60,621 bases of DNA, from IMG/VR virus record IMGVR_UViG_3300029985_000047, positions 1-60,621 of that record, one strand, 5' to 3'. The notes beneath the pieces were generated by a model that did no database searches, was not told the DNA's origin, and was given only the letters and a program-made list of their open reading frames with translations. The DNA comes from a virus. Taxonomy: Duplodnaviria; Caudoviricetes. Position numbers and translations under genes: made by a program. Positions 26,443-35,920 of this stretch are shown piece after piece. Position 1 is the first letter of the stretch; every line of letters begins with the position of its first letter.

Positions 26443-28317
26443 ATGACCAAAGCAAAGGCCACGACGACAGCGCCTCTCAAAGGCAAGACGAAGGCCGCCT
26501 CCAAGGCTGTCAAAGCAGCTCCAGTGAAGAAGGCCACAGCGGTTCCAGTGAAGAAACCTGTGCCGGCCAAGAAGACCGCTCCCAAGACTGTACCGGCTAA
26601 GAAGGCTACAGTCTCCCCAATGTCGGCTAAAAAATCACCGTCTAAGGCCGCCAAGAAGACCAGCGAAAAGACGTCGGCCGCGCCCAAGGGTGCTGCTTTG
26701 ACAGCGCCAGTGGCGAAGGCCATGCCTACAGCAGCCGACGCCTGTGTGGCTGCTATTCTTGCCTCTGGTTTTGCCCTGCAGCGCAGTGACACTGTCGACA
26801 AAGTGGCCGCGTATGGTTATGGTGACGCAAATGGTCGAGCTGTTCTGCTGACTGTGAAGACTGATGGTGATACTACTTGGACACTTGTAGCTGCAGATGG
26901 AGGCAGTAGATGCGGTGGCAAGGACGCTGAAACACTGAAAGTTGCCCTTGAGCGCCGTGCACCAAAAGCAGAGGCGCCCCCGCCTTTGCCCCATGTGATT
27001 CGTGCTATTGAGCAGCTGCGAGTGGCTACCAAGGGCACATATGCAGCGCATGAACTGCGTGGTGACGATAATTACCCTGTACGTCTGCGGATCCTTAAAA
27101 GTGCTCTCAAAACTGACAAGGTTCTGGTCGAGCAGAGTGGCATCAATGCAGTTGTTAAGACACTATATGGGCTGCTTGATGTGCCGCCGGCTTCGATTGC
27201 TGCGCAGCGTACATGGTTTGCAGCGGCCTGCACCAAGGTTCTTGCGGCATCGCGCAAGGCTGATCGTGAGCACGACAAGGCTGAGAAAGCTCTCATTGAG
27301 AAAGAATTACGCCGTACAGTTTTTGAGCGTATGGTCCCTGGAACTATTTTGCCGCCGCCAACAAAGCACTTGGGCAAGAAAGCCCAGGCCGAGAAGGACG
27401 CTGCCGATAAGCTGGCAATTTACCAGGAAGCTCAGATTGCTGCTATGTGTCCTGAGAGGCCAGCGGAGCAGGTCGCGAAACCCAAGAAATCTACTGAAAA
27501 GGAGGACTACCAGGCCGACCTTGCAGTCATCGATGACGGGTCAGAAGAGCGTGCAGGTGCTCCCCTAGCGGGTTCTACGGCCTACCGTGCAGAGGACATC
27601 TGGCTTATGGAGCACACGATGACTGGTCTGGTGCTGCTAAAGCTCGAAAAAAGTAACTCGCAGGGCGCCATTTGTGTGTATAATAATGGTAATAGAGTTG
27701 CTTGTGGCGTTGTGCCAATCGAGACACTCTTAAAGTTCAAGCGGATAGAGGATGTGGACATTCTTGAGTCCGTTCGCCAATTATTGAAGCCGGCTATTCC
27801 CGGCGTGATAATCACCCCCGTGGCAGAACGCCACTTAAACGCAGTCTTGCACTGTAAGGAGCTAGCAGCCATGACCTTTGCCAAGAAGTCTTCCGCCAAG
27901 AAGTCCACCGATGTTGTTGAAACCGCCAAGACCAAGAAGTTTGCCGCACCTGAAAAGGCGTCCAAGAAGCCCATCGTCGCCAAGAAGCCTGTTGTTGTCG
28001 AGACTGAAGCAACTGCAAAGCCTTCCAAGGCCAAGAAGGCCGCGAAGGAAACCGCTGAGCCCTCCGCTCGTAAGAGCTCTTTGTTCCGCCTGAAGAACGA
28101 CTCAAAGGCCACCTGGAGTGCGTTCAAGGGCCAGAAGGCTGAGCTTGTGCAGGCTTTCATTGACCTCAGTGCAGTGGGCGCAAAAGCTGCCGGCGTGACG
28201 CGTGGCGCTTTGATCGATGCTCTGCCGAACATCGGGCCAAAAAACATAAGCTTTTATTTGAGCACCTGGCAGTCCGGGGACGCCCCGATCGTCGAGAAGT
28301 TGGCAGCTGCAGAGTAA
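26443..28317 (+). CDS. Histone H1-like K/A/P-rich protein with internal in-frame start at 27871
   Basis: PVKK/PAKK repeats at the N-terminus and after residue ~477; TAAGGAG before ATG 27871. Confidence 0.8.
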   Translation: MTKAKATTTAPLKGKTKAASKAVKAAPVKKATAVPVKKPVPAKKTAPKTVPAKKATVSPMSAKKSPSKAAKKTSEKTSAAPKGAALTAPVAKAMPTAADACVAAILASGFALQRSDTVDKVAAYGYGDANGRAVLLTVKTDGDTTWTLVAADGGSRCGGKDAETLKVALERRAPKAEAPPPLPHVIRAIEQLRVATKGTYAAHELRGDDNYPVRLRILKSALKTDKVLVEQSGINAVVKTLYGLLDVPPASIAAQRTWFAAACTKVLAASRKADREHDKAEKALIEKELRRTVFERMVPGTILPPPTKHLGKKAQAEKDAADKLAIYQEAQIAAMCPERPAEQVAKPKKSTEKEDYQADLAVIDDGSEERAGAPLAGSTAYRAEDIWLMEHTMTGLVLLKLEKSNSQGAICVYNNGNRVACGVVPIETLLKFKRIEDVDILESVRQLLKPAIPGVIITPVAERHLNAVLHCKELAAMTFAKKSSAKKSTDVVETAKTKKFAAPEKASKKPIVAKKPVVVETEATAKPSKAKKAAKETAEPSARKSSLFRLKNDSKATWSAFKGQKAELVQAFIDLSAVGAKAAGVTRGALIDALPNIGPKNISFYLSTWQSGDAPIVEKLAAAE

Positions 28318-28338
28318 GCAACTACACAATTTGTTTTA

Positions 28339-28370
28339 AGATGACCCACAGACCATCGTGGGTCATTTCT
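28339..28370 (+). terminator. Probable terminator
   Basis: atgacccac / gtgggtcat stem followed by ttct. Confidence 0.55.
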
Positions 28371-28403
28371 ACGCCTCTAAAACCAAACAATACGAAGGAG
28401 CTT

Positions 28404-29192
28404 ATGGAGTTTATTCAACCACAGGTATTCCATGTTGCGCAGACCACACTTGATCCTGGCGGGCTTCACGACTATCTTACTGCTGTAGGTGTGCCAACTT
28501 GGACCAGCGATGCCCCGAGTCATGCTGAGGCGCTTCAAGAGGTTATGGGGCGAACTTGCTACAATTCTTTCAAGGTCGGTCTCAATCCTAATGTGACACG
28601 TATTAGGGAAGGTAACTCCACTTATTTAAAGAGTATCGTAGAGTCAGGGCACGGCTCAGTGCTCGAGCATGCGTGTGACTCTTGGATGCTGTTCAATATT
28701 AGTCGTGTTGTTACACACCAAATTGTTCGGGCCCGCGCTGGTACTAGTTTCAGCCAAGCCAGTGGCCACTACATCCGGGTTGACGGCATTAAGAGCTGGT
28801 TCCCACAAGTACTAGAAGACCATCCACGACGTGCTGAATTGTTTGACTTCTATCGTACGCGATTTAAGAGCCTCGAGCAGGCCCAGATTGAGCTAGCCCA
28901 GCTTCTTGATGTGGACAATCAGCCATTCAAGATGAAGAAGAAACTAACGACCGCAATGCGCAGGTTAGTTCCTGACGGCATCGCCACGGTTCTTGGCTTT
29001 ACAGTTAATCACCGCCAGCTTCGCTTTATGATCGAGCAACGTACATCAGCAGCCAACGATGAAGAAATCAGAATTGTGTTTTTTAAGATCTTCGAGCAAG
29101 CTATAAAACTTTACCCTAATATGATGTTTGATGCTGATGTAACTATAGTCGAAGGCCTTGAAGAAGTCACATTTGCCAATAAGAAAATCTGA
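28404..29192 (+). CDS. thyX: FAD-dependent thymidylate synthase, deviant motif
   Basis: GRTCY.S, GHGSVLEH, ISRVVTHQIVRAR, N.R.L..R...A..EIR; start refined by AAGGAG. Confidence 0.88.
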   Translation: MEFIQPQVFHVAQTTLDPGGLHDYLTAVGVPTWTSDAPSHAEALQEVMGRTCYNSFKVGLNPNVTRIREGNSTYLKSIVESGHGSVLEHACDSWMLFNISRVVTHQIVRARAGTSFSQASGHYIRVDGIKSWFPQVLEDHPRRAELFDFYRTRFKSLEQAQIELAQLLDVDNQPFKMKKKLTTAMRRLVPDGIATVLGFTVNHRQLRFMIEQRTSAANDEEIRIVFFKIFEQAIKLYPNMMFDADVTIVEGLEEVTFANKKI

Positions 29193-29228
29193 TGCGTGGC
29201 AAGAAAGATTAAAACCCAAAGGAGAAAC

Positions 29229-29546
29229 ATGGCAACGAAAAAATCTAGCGTACCTACAGCAGATACAATTGACAGTATACTGAAGGCTCGGCAAACAACC
29301 CATGGAACCTTTGCTGTACATGCGGCCATTGCACAGGCACTTAAGCATGCTATGCGCTTTGATAGTGAAGACCAATTACGTGAGTCTTGGCTGGCGCTTG
29401 ATGACGACATGGCCGAGGCGCTAGAAATGAACCAGCATAAAGTAGCGCGGATCTTAGCAGGTGACCCAACCGTGATCGATCATTGGGACGATATCTGTGG
29501 GTATTCTAAGCTTGTGGCTGACCGCCTAAGAAAGGCTGCAAAATGA
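29229..29546 (+). CDS. DUF6378-like protein
   Basis: L.AR..THG.F...EALEM..HKVARIL.GD...DHWDDICGY. Confidence 0.8.
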   Translation: MATKKSSVPTADTIDSILKARQTTHGTFAVHAAIAQALKHAMRFDSEDQLRESWLALDDDMAEALEMNQHKVARILAGDPTVIDHWDDICGYSKLVADRLRKAAK

Positions 29547-29627
29547 TAGTAGCAAGGGTTTTAATTCTACTGATGGCATGGGCTATTCTGTTTGCAATTT
29601 GCCTACGTCATGCACTGAAGGCATCCC

Positions 29628-30092
29628 ATGAGTAGACCCTCTCTCGATGAATACTGGCTCTCGATGCTGCCCCTAGTAGCGTCGAGAGCCACTTGCCCGC
29701 GACGATCTGTCGGTGCCATTCTGATTGACAAAGATGGACGGCTAGTCTCAACTGGTTACAATGGAACTGCATCAGGACTGCCGCACTGCTCTAACACACC
29801 GTGCCCTGGTTCGCCGGCTATTGGAGGCACGCGGGATGAGTGCCAGGCCCTTCATGCGGAGTCCAATGCTCTTATGCAGGCGTTCGGCAGTCGAAGAGCT
29901 CCGTGGACTCTCTACTGTGGCCTGACGCCTTGTTTTGCGTGTTCTAAGTTGCTACTTGCGGCCGGAGTACGTGAGGTGGTAGCAGCAGAAGCGTATGCCC
30001 ATGATGACAGAGGCCCGAAGCTTTTAAATAAGGCCGGCGTCCTCGTGTGGGTATGGCGAAACGATGAACGAACGCCTTGGAGTACTGCATGA
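29628..30092 (+). CDS. dCMP deaminase
   Basis: RATCPRRSVGA, TGYNG, HAESNA and PCFAC zinc motifs. Confidence 0.93.
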   Translation: MSRPSLDEYWLSMLPLVASRATCPRRSVGAILIDKDGRLVSTGYNGTASGLPHCSNTPCPGSPAIGGTRDECQALHAESNALMQAFGSRRAPWTLYCGLTPCFACSKLLLAAGVREVVAAEAYAHDDRGPKLLNKAGVLVWVWRNDERTPWSTA

Positions 30093-30721
30093 GACATCTG
30101 AAGGAAGATGTTAGAACGGCTCTTCAGAAGCTGCCTACTGGCCAATACAAAACACTGTATGCCGATCCACCTTGGAAGTGGATGAAAGGTGGAACTAAGC
30201 GCTATACACCTACACAAGGCGCCAATGTCGGGCGTGAATTTTCTGCAGTTGGCGATACTCCATATGGCGGTCTAAGCACGAAGGAGCTGGTTACACTTGG
30301 CGATCAGGTCAAACGTGTGGTTGCACCAAATGCACATCTTTACCTGTGGACTGTGAACAAGACTGTACCAGATGCCGTAGAGATTATTGCAGCCTGGGGT
30401 TTTAGGTGGGTAACCATGATTACATGGGATAAGGGTCGGCCTGGTATAGCCAAGTATTTCCAAGGTATCACAGAGCACTGTGTATTTGCAGTTCGCGGAG
30501 GTCTGCCGTATAAATTCGTCGATGGTAAGATGGCGCAGGGTCGGACTTTAATCTCAGAAAGAATGACAGCCCACTCACGCAAACCGGCCGCAATGCGCGA
30601 GATGATTGAGCGAGTGTCTTACCCGCCTTATCTAGAACTGTTCGGAAGGACGGTTCCCAAAACATGGGATGCAGTAGGTTTGCAACTCGGTGAAGATATG
30701 AAGGAGATTCCAAAAAGATGA
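30089..30721 (+). CDS. MT-A70 family DNA methyltransferase
   Basis: YADPPW, LYLW, WGF, TWDK, TEHC, HSRKP and YLELFGR. Confidence 0.92.
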   Translation: MRHLKEDVRTALQKLPTGQYKTLYADPPWKWMKGGTKRYTPTQGANVGREFSAVGDTPYGGLSTKELVTLGDQVKRVVAPNAHLYLWTVNKTVPDAVEIIAAWGFRWVTMITWDKGRPGIAKYFQGITEHCVFAVRGGLPYKFVDGKMAQGRTLISERMTAHSRKPAAMREMIERVSYPPYLELFGRTVPKTWDAVGLQLGEDMKEIPKR

Positions 30722-31296
30722 CCTGTAAACAGATGGTGGCCGAATTCCATAAGTTGAACGGTTCAGTAATCAACGGCTTCAACAATGGCCCTGAAGTGGC
30801 TGTTCTTCGCACTAGGTTGATCCTAGAGGAGTTCGCAGAGACGTACGCGGCACTGCATGAGAACAATGTCGTGGAGGCTGCTGATGGACTTGCAGACTTG
30901 CTTTATGTAGTTGTAGGTACAGCAGTTTCATATGGCGTGCCATGCCCTGATGCCTTTGAAGATCCGCAGGGCCAGCCGGCGCTAGAATTTGAGCGCAATG
31001 ACATTGTGCGCTTTGCTCGGCTGATGCTACCGCGGCTCCAACGGACTTACTTAGCAATTACTCTAACACCTGCATACTGCGGGGCAGCTTTGACTGACTT
31101 AGCGGCTGAAATTTGTGCCACTGGCTCTAGGACATGGGGCTTCCCAATGAAAGAGCTTTTTGCTGAGGTGCATCGCAGTAATATGACTAAGACATTTGCG
31201 TCTAATACATCAGGTGGCAAGTATGGCGCAGTCAGTCCCAAGGGTCCTGGATACACGCCACCGGATATTATTGGCGTATTGACAGCAGCGGCCTAG
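30718..31296 (+). CDS. MazG-like nucleoside triphosphate pyrophosphohydrolase
   Basis: LILEEFAE...EAADGLADLLYV...EVHRSNMTK...KGPGY.PP. Confidence 0.88.
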   Translation: MTCKQMVAEFHKLNGSVINGFNNGPEVAVLRTRLILEEFAETYAALHENNVVEAADGLADLLYVVVGTAVSYGVPCPDAFEDPQGQPALEFERNDIVRFARLMLPRLQRTYLAITLTPAYCGAALTDLAAEICATGSRTWGFPMKELFAEVHRSNMTKTFASNTSGGKYGAVSPKGPGYTPPDIIGVLTAAA

Positions 31297-31434
31297 TGCA
31301 GGCACCAATACTTATTCGTCCAGTAGTGCCCAAGGACGATAATGCACGTAAGGCTGGGTGCTCTTGCAATTATCGTAGCTCACAACGAAGTAGCCAACAT
31401 CATACAAAAATGTCTGCTGTATAGCAAATAAAAT

Positions 31435-31479
31435 AAGCCCCGTTGCTCAAGCCTGCTATAGGCTTGAGCAACGGGGCTT
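31435..31479. terminator. Bidirectional terminator between the convergent arms
   Basis: Perfect 20-bp inverted repeat with 5-nt loop; A-rich left flank and T-rich right flank. Confidence 0.9.
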
Positions 31480-31485
31480 TGTACT

Positions 31486-32166
31486 TTAGAACAGCGATGG
31501 CGTAACGTGACTATGGATCCACAATACTACAGCGCTTACTACGCCTAGCTTAGTCAGCTTCTTTTTGTCAGGATGCAGCAGCTCGTGCTCTTTCTGCTGC
31601 CCCTCAGCAAGCATCTTATCGCCACTAGTGCTCATGCCGTTCAGGTGGCTTACAAGCTGTATTATTTGTTGGTCTGACACACGGTCGTCTATATGGTGGA
31701 GAATGGCTGTGCTTGCATCTAGCATTGGTGCTACCGTATCTAGTGTAGTATCTACCTTGCTAATAGTGCCTTGTGCCAACTGCATTGTATTGTGCACGTC
31801 ATTAAACAGTACAAGCTCTTGTGCATCTAAGGCTGTAAGGTTCTTGTCTTCATGTCTCGCAGCGACCTCCACAGCTCCTACAGTGCCTCGTACAGTAGCC
31901 AAGGTACGATTGACATCAGCCAGTGTTCCGCACGCCTTATGGGGCACGCAAGGCGCATTAATGGCCGCTAAAGTTGCAACCAGTTGGTCTGCTACGCTTG
32001 CAAACTTATCGGTAAGCACCTGGCTGTCAGTAGCAACCTGCACTGTAAGCTTACCAGACTCCAGTCGCAAGTCATGACTAGCTAGGCCTACTTCCCAGAC
32101 AGCCCAACTTGCTATCAATACAAAAAGGACCCCCGCCGAAGCGAGGGCCCCTAGTATGTAGCGCAT
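31486..32166 (-). CDS. Membrane-anchored coiled-coil protein in the lysis module (spanin-like candidate)
   Basis: N-terminal TM helix, long helical body, hydrophobic C-terminus. Confidence 0.6.
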   Translation of the reverse strand: MRYILGALASAGVLFVLIASWAVWEVGLASHDLRLESGKLTVQVATDSQVLTDKFASVADQLVATLAAINAPCVPHKACGTLADVNRTLATVRGTVGAVEVAARHEDKNLTALDAQELVLFNDVHNTMQLAQGTISKVDTTLDTVAPMLDASTAILHHIDDRVSDQQIIQLVSHLNGMSTSGDKMLAEGQQKEHELLHPDKKKLTKLGVVSAVVLWIHSHVTPSLF

Positions 32167-32170
32167 AGAT

Positions 32171-32764
32171 CTAGGCTGCCACAGTCGGCACAGCCTCAAG
32201 AGCCGTAGCCAGCAATTGTGTATTGGCGAGGGCCCTGGTAACAGCTGCTACACTGGCAGGATTAGTGACATGACCAGCTGCAAGCACAGCGCTCAGATTG
32301 GTAGTGGCACTAGTCAGTACGCTGGCGACAGATGGATGGGCTCCAAAGTCGTAGAGCAAAGAACCCGCGGCAATTACGCCCGCCTGGGCTTCAGAGATGG
32401 CGGCAGAGACGACAGACCCTGCCGCAGCTCCACCTTCAATAGTGGCCGCGATAGTCAGTGCACCGCCGGCGTACTTGAGAATCGCAGTAGCGGTCTGCTC
32501 GATCTTAGGCTCGGCCTTGACAGCGGCGGCAAGTTCCTTTTCAACCCAGGCGGCAAAAGTGTGCTCAGCATTAGCGAGCGAGGCGAAGATAGACATTGTG
32601 GTATTCTCCTTGGCTTGTACGGCAACGACAGGCGCTGCGGGTTTTACTGCTTGTTCTACTACAATTACGGCTGTAGTAGGTGGTGGTGGTGGTGGTGGCC
32701 AGGGTGCGGGGGCTGTGAGCCTCGAAGCGCCTAGTGGCGGAATCTTCGACCACGGCCAGTTCAT
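32171..32764 (-). CDS. Ala-rich lysis-module protein; stronger internal start at 32596
   Basis: AAGGAG before ATG 32596; upstream poly-Pro extension begins at an ATGA overlap. Confidence 0.6.
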   Translation of the reverse strand: MNWPWSKIPPLGASRLTAPAPWPPPPPPPTTAVIVVEQAVKPAAPVVAVQAKENTTMSIFASLANAEHTFAAWVEKELAAAVKAEPKIEQTATAILKYAGGALTIAATIEGGAAAGSVVSAAISEAQAGVIAAGSLLYDFGAHPSVASVLTSATTNLSAVLAAGHVTNPASVAAVTRALANTQLLATALEAVPTVAA

Positions 32765-32958
32765 TGCTGATCCGTAGGCTTGCTACTGCCGCGTACTGGC
32801 TGCAAAGCCCCGATACCCCCAGCAACAATGGTGCCGGCAATAGCAAGCGCAGACATAGCCACAGTATCTGGCAGTGGATGAAAGATGATTACACCTAGCA
32901 CTGTAAGCACCAGCAAGGCACCAACAATTACCAGGACAGTAGGCTCGTTTATTTTCAT
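32761..32958 (-). CDS. Holin-like two-TM protein
   Basis: Two hydrophobic helices; coupled to the endolysin stop. Confidence 0.65.
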   Translation of the reverse strand: MKINEPTVLVIVGALLVLTVLGVIIFHPLPDTVAMSALAIAGTIVAGGIGALQPVRGSSKPTDQQ

Positions 32959-33416
32959 ACGCTCCTCCAAATAGCTTGCTCAGCCTGACGGCGCTTGACT
33001 AGGCCAGGCTCGATGACTCCGCCAGCAAATATCCAGCCATGTTGGGCACCTTGCGAGTCAGTGTAGTAAAGCTGAGCGCATGCGGCGTCGAAGTTGCCTG
33101 CATTCACCAGCTGCATCAAGGACGACGCGACTACACGATGCACGCCGTTGTTATACGCCAAGGACACGAGAGCATCGAACACGCCCTGCTTCACTGGCGC
33201 CTTAAGCGCGTGGTTCACGCCCTCTACAGCGTCTTGGGTGTCGTCGGCTAGAAGCACAGTTGCTTGCCCATCTGTAACTCCGTTTGGAAAAGTATCGCCA
33301 GGCATTAGCTTGTGCCCGTAGCCGATAGTGGGCAGTCCGATTCCATCCTTGTACACATGGCTGCGAAAGCCTTCAAACTCCTTGATAAGAGCGAGGCCTT
33401 TTTCTGACAGGTTCAT
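32955..33416 (-). CDS. Endolysin, GH24 lysozyme
   Basis: IKEFEG...YKD...TIGYGH (E-x8-D-x5-T), FDALVS..YN.G and GLVKRRQAE. Confidence 0.95.
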   Translation of the reverse strand: MNLSEKGLALIKEFEGFRSHVYKDGIGLPTIGYGHKLMPGDTFPNGVTDGQATVLLADDTQDAVEGVNHALKAPVKQGVFDALVSLAYNNGVHRVVASSLMQLVNAGNFDAACAQLYYTDSQGAQHGWIFAGGVIEPGLVKRRQAEQAIWRSV

Positions 33417-33535
33417 TCGGCCTCTTCTTCTACCGGCTCTTCAGCAGTGTCAAAAGGAAGCTCGGGCTGCTCTTCATCAATGCAAGGAATTATGGGCTGT
33501 GGCATGGGGTGCCCTGGACGTGGTATTGTCGACAT
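33413..33535 (-). CDS. 40-aa acidic peptide (absent from the ORF track)
   Basis: TAAGGAG RBS; MSTIPRPG...EEPVEEEAE; stop overlaps the endolysin ATG. Confidence 0.6.
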   Translation of the reverse strand: MSTIPRPGHPMPQPIIPCIDEEQPELPFDTAEEPVEEEAE

Positions 33536-33546
33536 TGAAAGTCTCC

Positions 33547-33990
33547 TTAGTGCAATGGCGGCATGGATCCGCCGGCATCTTGCTGGTGAGAGTTAGAAGC
33601 ATGGGCTGAGCCATCTGAGCTAGAAACCTTAGCCGGAATTTCTGACTTATGCACTGACTCCCATTCTTGCAGCATTTGGTACATATCATCCGCTGACTTT
33701 GCCACCTTTGCGCCTAGCCAACCTGATAGGGCCAGGACAAGCGGAGCCAGGATACTGGCTATGGCAATGCGGTTGGAGCGCGTCTCTCTGCGTCGTGCAA
33801 GACATTTTAGCTCGACTTCTTCTGCGAGTTTTATGGCCTTCTTCTCAGCCTCTTCGCGTTCTTTCCGTACGGCTCTGTACTCGGAAAAGAACTCACGTGC
33901 TTCCACTTGAAAGTCGCGAAAGTTTGACACGCCCTTCTCTACTATCCTCAGGCGCTCATCGTGGCGGGCTATTTCTGAATCTTGGGACAT
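33547..33990 (-). CDS. Single-TM coiled-coil protein (holin or antiholin candidate)
   Basis: Central hydrophobic helix; upstream of the endolysin. Confidence 0.65.
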   Translation of the reverse strand: MSQDSEIARHDERLRIVEKGVSNFRDFQVEAREFFSEYRAVRKEREEAEKKAIKLAEEVELKCLARRRETRSNRIAIASILAPLVLALSGWLGAKVAKSADDMYQMLQEWESVHKSEIPAKVSSSDGSAHASNSHQQDAGGSMPPLH

Positions 33991-34000
33991 GGGGCCTTTC

Positions 34001-34096
34001 CTATTGGGCCGTGCGAAAGTTAGAGACGCCCTGCATGAGTTCTTTGATTTGCTCTGTGTGCGTTGCGAGCTGCTCTGCCATCTGTCCGGGCGTCAT
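34001..34096 (-). pseudogene. 31-aa remnant paralogous to the N-terminus of 33547-33990
   Basis: GAAAGGA RBS; shares H.E.....GVSNFR..Q with the next gene. Confidence 0.55.
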
Positions 34097-34158
34097 GCGA
34101 TTCCTTTCATTTGCGTCCTTCGCGTTCAGGTAACGTAGCGGTTATCTAGCTCCGGAGT

Positions 34159-35910
34159 CTATTGCATCCCCGTCATTTTGTACTGGCCCATCATGCTTAC
34201 GGTTGGGTATGTAGTTGTGCAAGATGCGCCGGGAGAATTAATGGCAAGTTTGATGGTGTGCCCAGCCGCAACCACATACGGAGTTGTGGAGATAACCTGA
34301 GAAGCAACCGAGTTCGAGATGGTTCCAATCGCGGTATACGATCCATTATCAATAACACCGACTGTGACAGCGGTACACCCGACAGCCTGCACGTTAAAGC
34401 CAACATCTATGCTGAGTATTGTGATGCTCGATGTTGGAGTAAATTGAAAAAATGCAGATTGGGTGCTGGTTGAGTTAGCTGTCGGTGATCCTCCCCAAAG
34501 TGCTAGTCGGACGGGCGTACCAACAGACCCAAAATTGACATTCAATGGGCCGTCGATGGTAAAAGGCTCTACGGAATTTGTAGGTCCTTGTGTGTAGTAG
34601 TAGGCTGGCTCTATGTAGTTCCCCGATGTAGTAGCGTATCCTGTTACATCGTTCTTAACCGCCGGATTTCCTGCGGAGGCACTACACCGTGCATTCTCCA
34701 CGGTGATTCCCCTCAACTGACCCGATACGGTTTGACTCAGTTCTATACAAGGCTGGTTTGCAGAAGCTGTGTGGTAAGAAAAGTTTGGATTATAAAACGC
34801 GACGTTTGCGGCATCTTTAACAAGAATCTCCCCAGTAGTATTACCAGAAAAACCCTCAAATTGAGTCCCAAAAAAAGCGATATTGTACATCTTGTCACTG
34901 TTTCCGGACCCATTGACGTACAGTTCGTTATTACCCGATCCAGCGTGCTCTATCGCCCCTCCGAACCAGCTTACCGCGCTTATTTGACCCGTACCTGTGT
35001 AGTCGATAACTACAGGCTGCGCTCCGGTATTTCCTAATCCGTTCACCCATACGTTGTCAAAAGAAAGAAGGTTTAAGCCACCAACTGCGAATGCGTCCGA
35101 GCGAATATGAAGTCCGACAGATGAGGCGAACCCATAAATAAGATCGTAGCGGAGAGCAGATGGTACATACAGATTATCAAGATCTACGCATCCGTTGGTA
35201 GGAGAATAACCGTTGCAGTTTATGTTCCACCCTTGCACAAGGAAAAACTCTTGCCCTGTACTGTGTGAAAGATTTGTGAGTAGAGAAACAGGAGACCCAA
35301 CTTGAGCTGATACCAAGTTACATCCTCCCGCGGAAGACGCATTCCCGACCGAACCAAGACAAATCATGGAAGACCCGCTAGCAATCGTAACCCCTGAGTT
35401 GCCAGTAACCGTAATAGTAGTTCCAGTACTAGCGAGTAGCGTTACTGCTTGGGTAGGGGAGCCTATAGCCAAGGTGGTCAGCGTCTCTGTGTAGTTTGGG
35501 GGAGTCATGACGGTTCCCCCAGATGCCGGGAGGGCCACGATTGCAGATGCGATATTAGGATGCACAACACCATCTACGTAAACTGTAGAATTTATACTTG
35601 GCCCGCTAAGTGGCCCGCTAAGAGCACCCCCAGGACTCACGATGTTCGTAAAGGCCCCTGCTTGCGAGTTCGCCCCGGTTCCGCCACTCGATACCGGAAC
35701 CGGAGTCGTTGAGGCGATAGCGCCAGCCGCGACGGTGCCTGAGACGTTGAGGTTGCCGGTGATCGTGCAATTCCCGGGACCCGCGCCGCAGCCGTTGATG
35801 GTAGTGTTAGCGCCAATCTGCACCGAGCCTCCGCTGCCGATCTGCACCTGCGCGGTTAGGGATGTTGCTGCGATCAAAAGTAGAGCAAATGCGCAAATTC
35901 GAAGTTTCAT
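34159..35910 (-). CDS. Tailspike/depolymerase-like beta-helix protein with Sec signal peptide
   Basis: MKLRICAFALLLIAATSLTA/Q; IASAIVALPASGGTV pectin-lyase-type start; N/G/I-rich body. Confidence 0.75.
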   Translation of the reverse strand: MKLRICAFALLLIAATSLTAQVQIGSGGSVQIGANTTINGCGAGPGNCTITGNLNVSGTVAAGAIASTTPVPVSSGGTGANSQAGAFTNIVSPGGALSGPLSGPSINSTVYVDGVVHPNIASAIVALPASGGTVMTPPNYTETLTTLAIGSPTQAVTLLASTGTTITVTGNSGVTIASGSSMICLGSVGNASSAGGCNLVSAQVGSPVSLLTNLSHSTGQEFFLVQGWNINCNGYSPTNGCVDLDNLYVPSALRYDLIYGFASSVGLHIRSDAFAVGGLNLLSFDNVWVNGLGNTGAQPVVIDYTGTGQISAVSWFGGAIEHAGSGNNELYVNGSGNSDKMYNIAFFGTQFEGFSGNTTGEILVKDAANVAFYNPNFSYHTASANQPCIELSQTVSGQLRGITVENARCSASAGNPAVKNDVTGYATTSGNYIEPAYYYTQGPTNSVEPFTIDGPLNVNFGSVGTPVRLALWGGSPTANSTSTQSAFFQFTPTSSITILSIDVGFNVQAVGCTAVTVGVIDNGSYTAIGTISNSVASQVISTTPYVVAAGHTIKLAINSPGASCTTTYPTVSMMGQYKMTGMQ

Positions 35911-35920
35911 TTTTCCACCT

